A stretch of DNA of 64,000 nt from a virus: IMG/VR virus record IMGVR_UViG_3300008952_000005, positions 96,001-160,000 of that record, one strand, 5' to 3'. The notes beneath the pieces were generated by a model that was not told the origin of the DNA, did no database searches, and saw nothing but the letters and a program-made list of their open reading frames with translations. Within the stretch, counting starts at the first letter, position 1. Each line of letters opens with the position of its first letter. The translations under genes were made by a program, and so were the position numbers. Below are positions 63,711 to 64,000 of this stretch, piece by piece.

Positions 63711-63998
63711 CTATTTCTGAAATATGAAAACTGGCTCATATTTTGCACCAGATTCTTGCGAGGATAACTGTAATTTGTATGTATCCGTGTGTGTAAATCC
63801 TTCTTCTACAGCGATTCGTACTGTATCATCTTCAAAGGTTTTATGTGATTTAATGTTCGCTACATTTAACCCCATATACTTACCTTTTTTTAATCCTATA
63901 TATGCATTTTGTATAGTTGTTCTTAAAAAGCCATTGTTCCACTCTTCATTACCACTATATTGATTAAATGATTGTCCTGCTTCATCACCATATTGTTC
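63711..63998 (-). CDS. C-terminal part of a DNA methyltransferase-like gene (runs off window end)
   Basis: open frame EQYGDEAGQSFNQY...WNNGFL..LNVANIK...YEPVFIFQK; parallels the EQY..EELQSW..W..SFY region of 46658..47887. Confidence 0.6.
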   Translation of the reverse strand, partial: EQYGDEAGQSFNQYSGNEEWNNGFLRTTIQNAYIGLKKGKYMGLNVANIKSHKTFEDDTVRIAVEEGFTHTDTYKLQLSSQESGAKYEPVFIFQK

Positions 63999-64000
63999 CC

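Noticed and set aside
63724-63963. Plus-strand 79-aa ORF
   Set aside because: Antisense to an open minus-strand frame that reads as a methyltransferase C-terminus
1-64000. CRISPR array, integrase or IS element
   Set aside because: No regularly spaced direct repeats and no transposase or integrase motifs found

Overview
AT-rich segment of a T4-like (Tevenvirinae/cyanomyophage-type) myovirus genome, almost entirely on the minus strand. The host is probably a streamlined marine alphaproteobacterium of SAR11 type; this is inferred from composition and from bS21, CspA, Fdx, curli genes and an RpoH-like promoter. Core genes present: gp61 primase, nrdA/nrdB, gp41, uvsX, gp43, regA, gp62/gp44/gp45, Hsp20 and a CobS/CobT-like AAA+/VWA pair. 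Accessory blocks: (i) 0.2-11.7 kb sugar-nucleotide/glycosyltransferase cluster (Gmd, His-type ColD, AsnB-like amidotransferase, GuaC, SET and 2OG-Fe(II) proteins); (ii) 18.5-25.5 kb curli-type module (CsgF, CsgG, curlin-like repeat protein, SoxS-like thioredoxin, FecR-domain protein) with a divergent CHASE2 adenylate cyclase; (iii) 26-41 kb late block with a spanin/holin-like cassette and several proteins whose N-termini resemble the T4 capsid-targeting sequence, including a 913-aa kinase-Pol-beta NTase-HxGH NTase fusion next to a KxDG ligase-like protein; (iv) 46-59 kb DNA methyltransferases, Fe-S and translation-related genes (Fdx, NfuA, CspA, RimK-protease fusion, bS21) and a pseudoknotted RNA upstream of hsp20. 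All calls come from motif reading only; no database searches were run.
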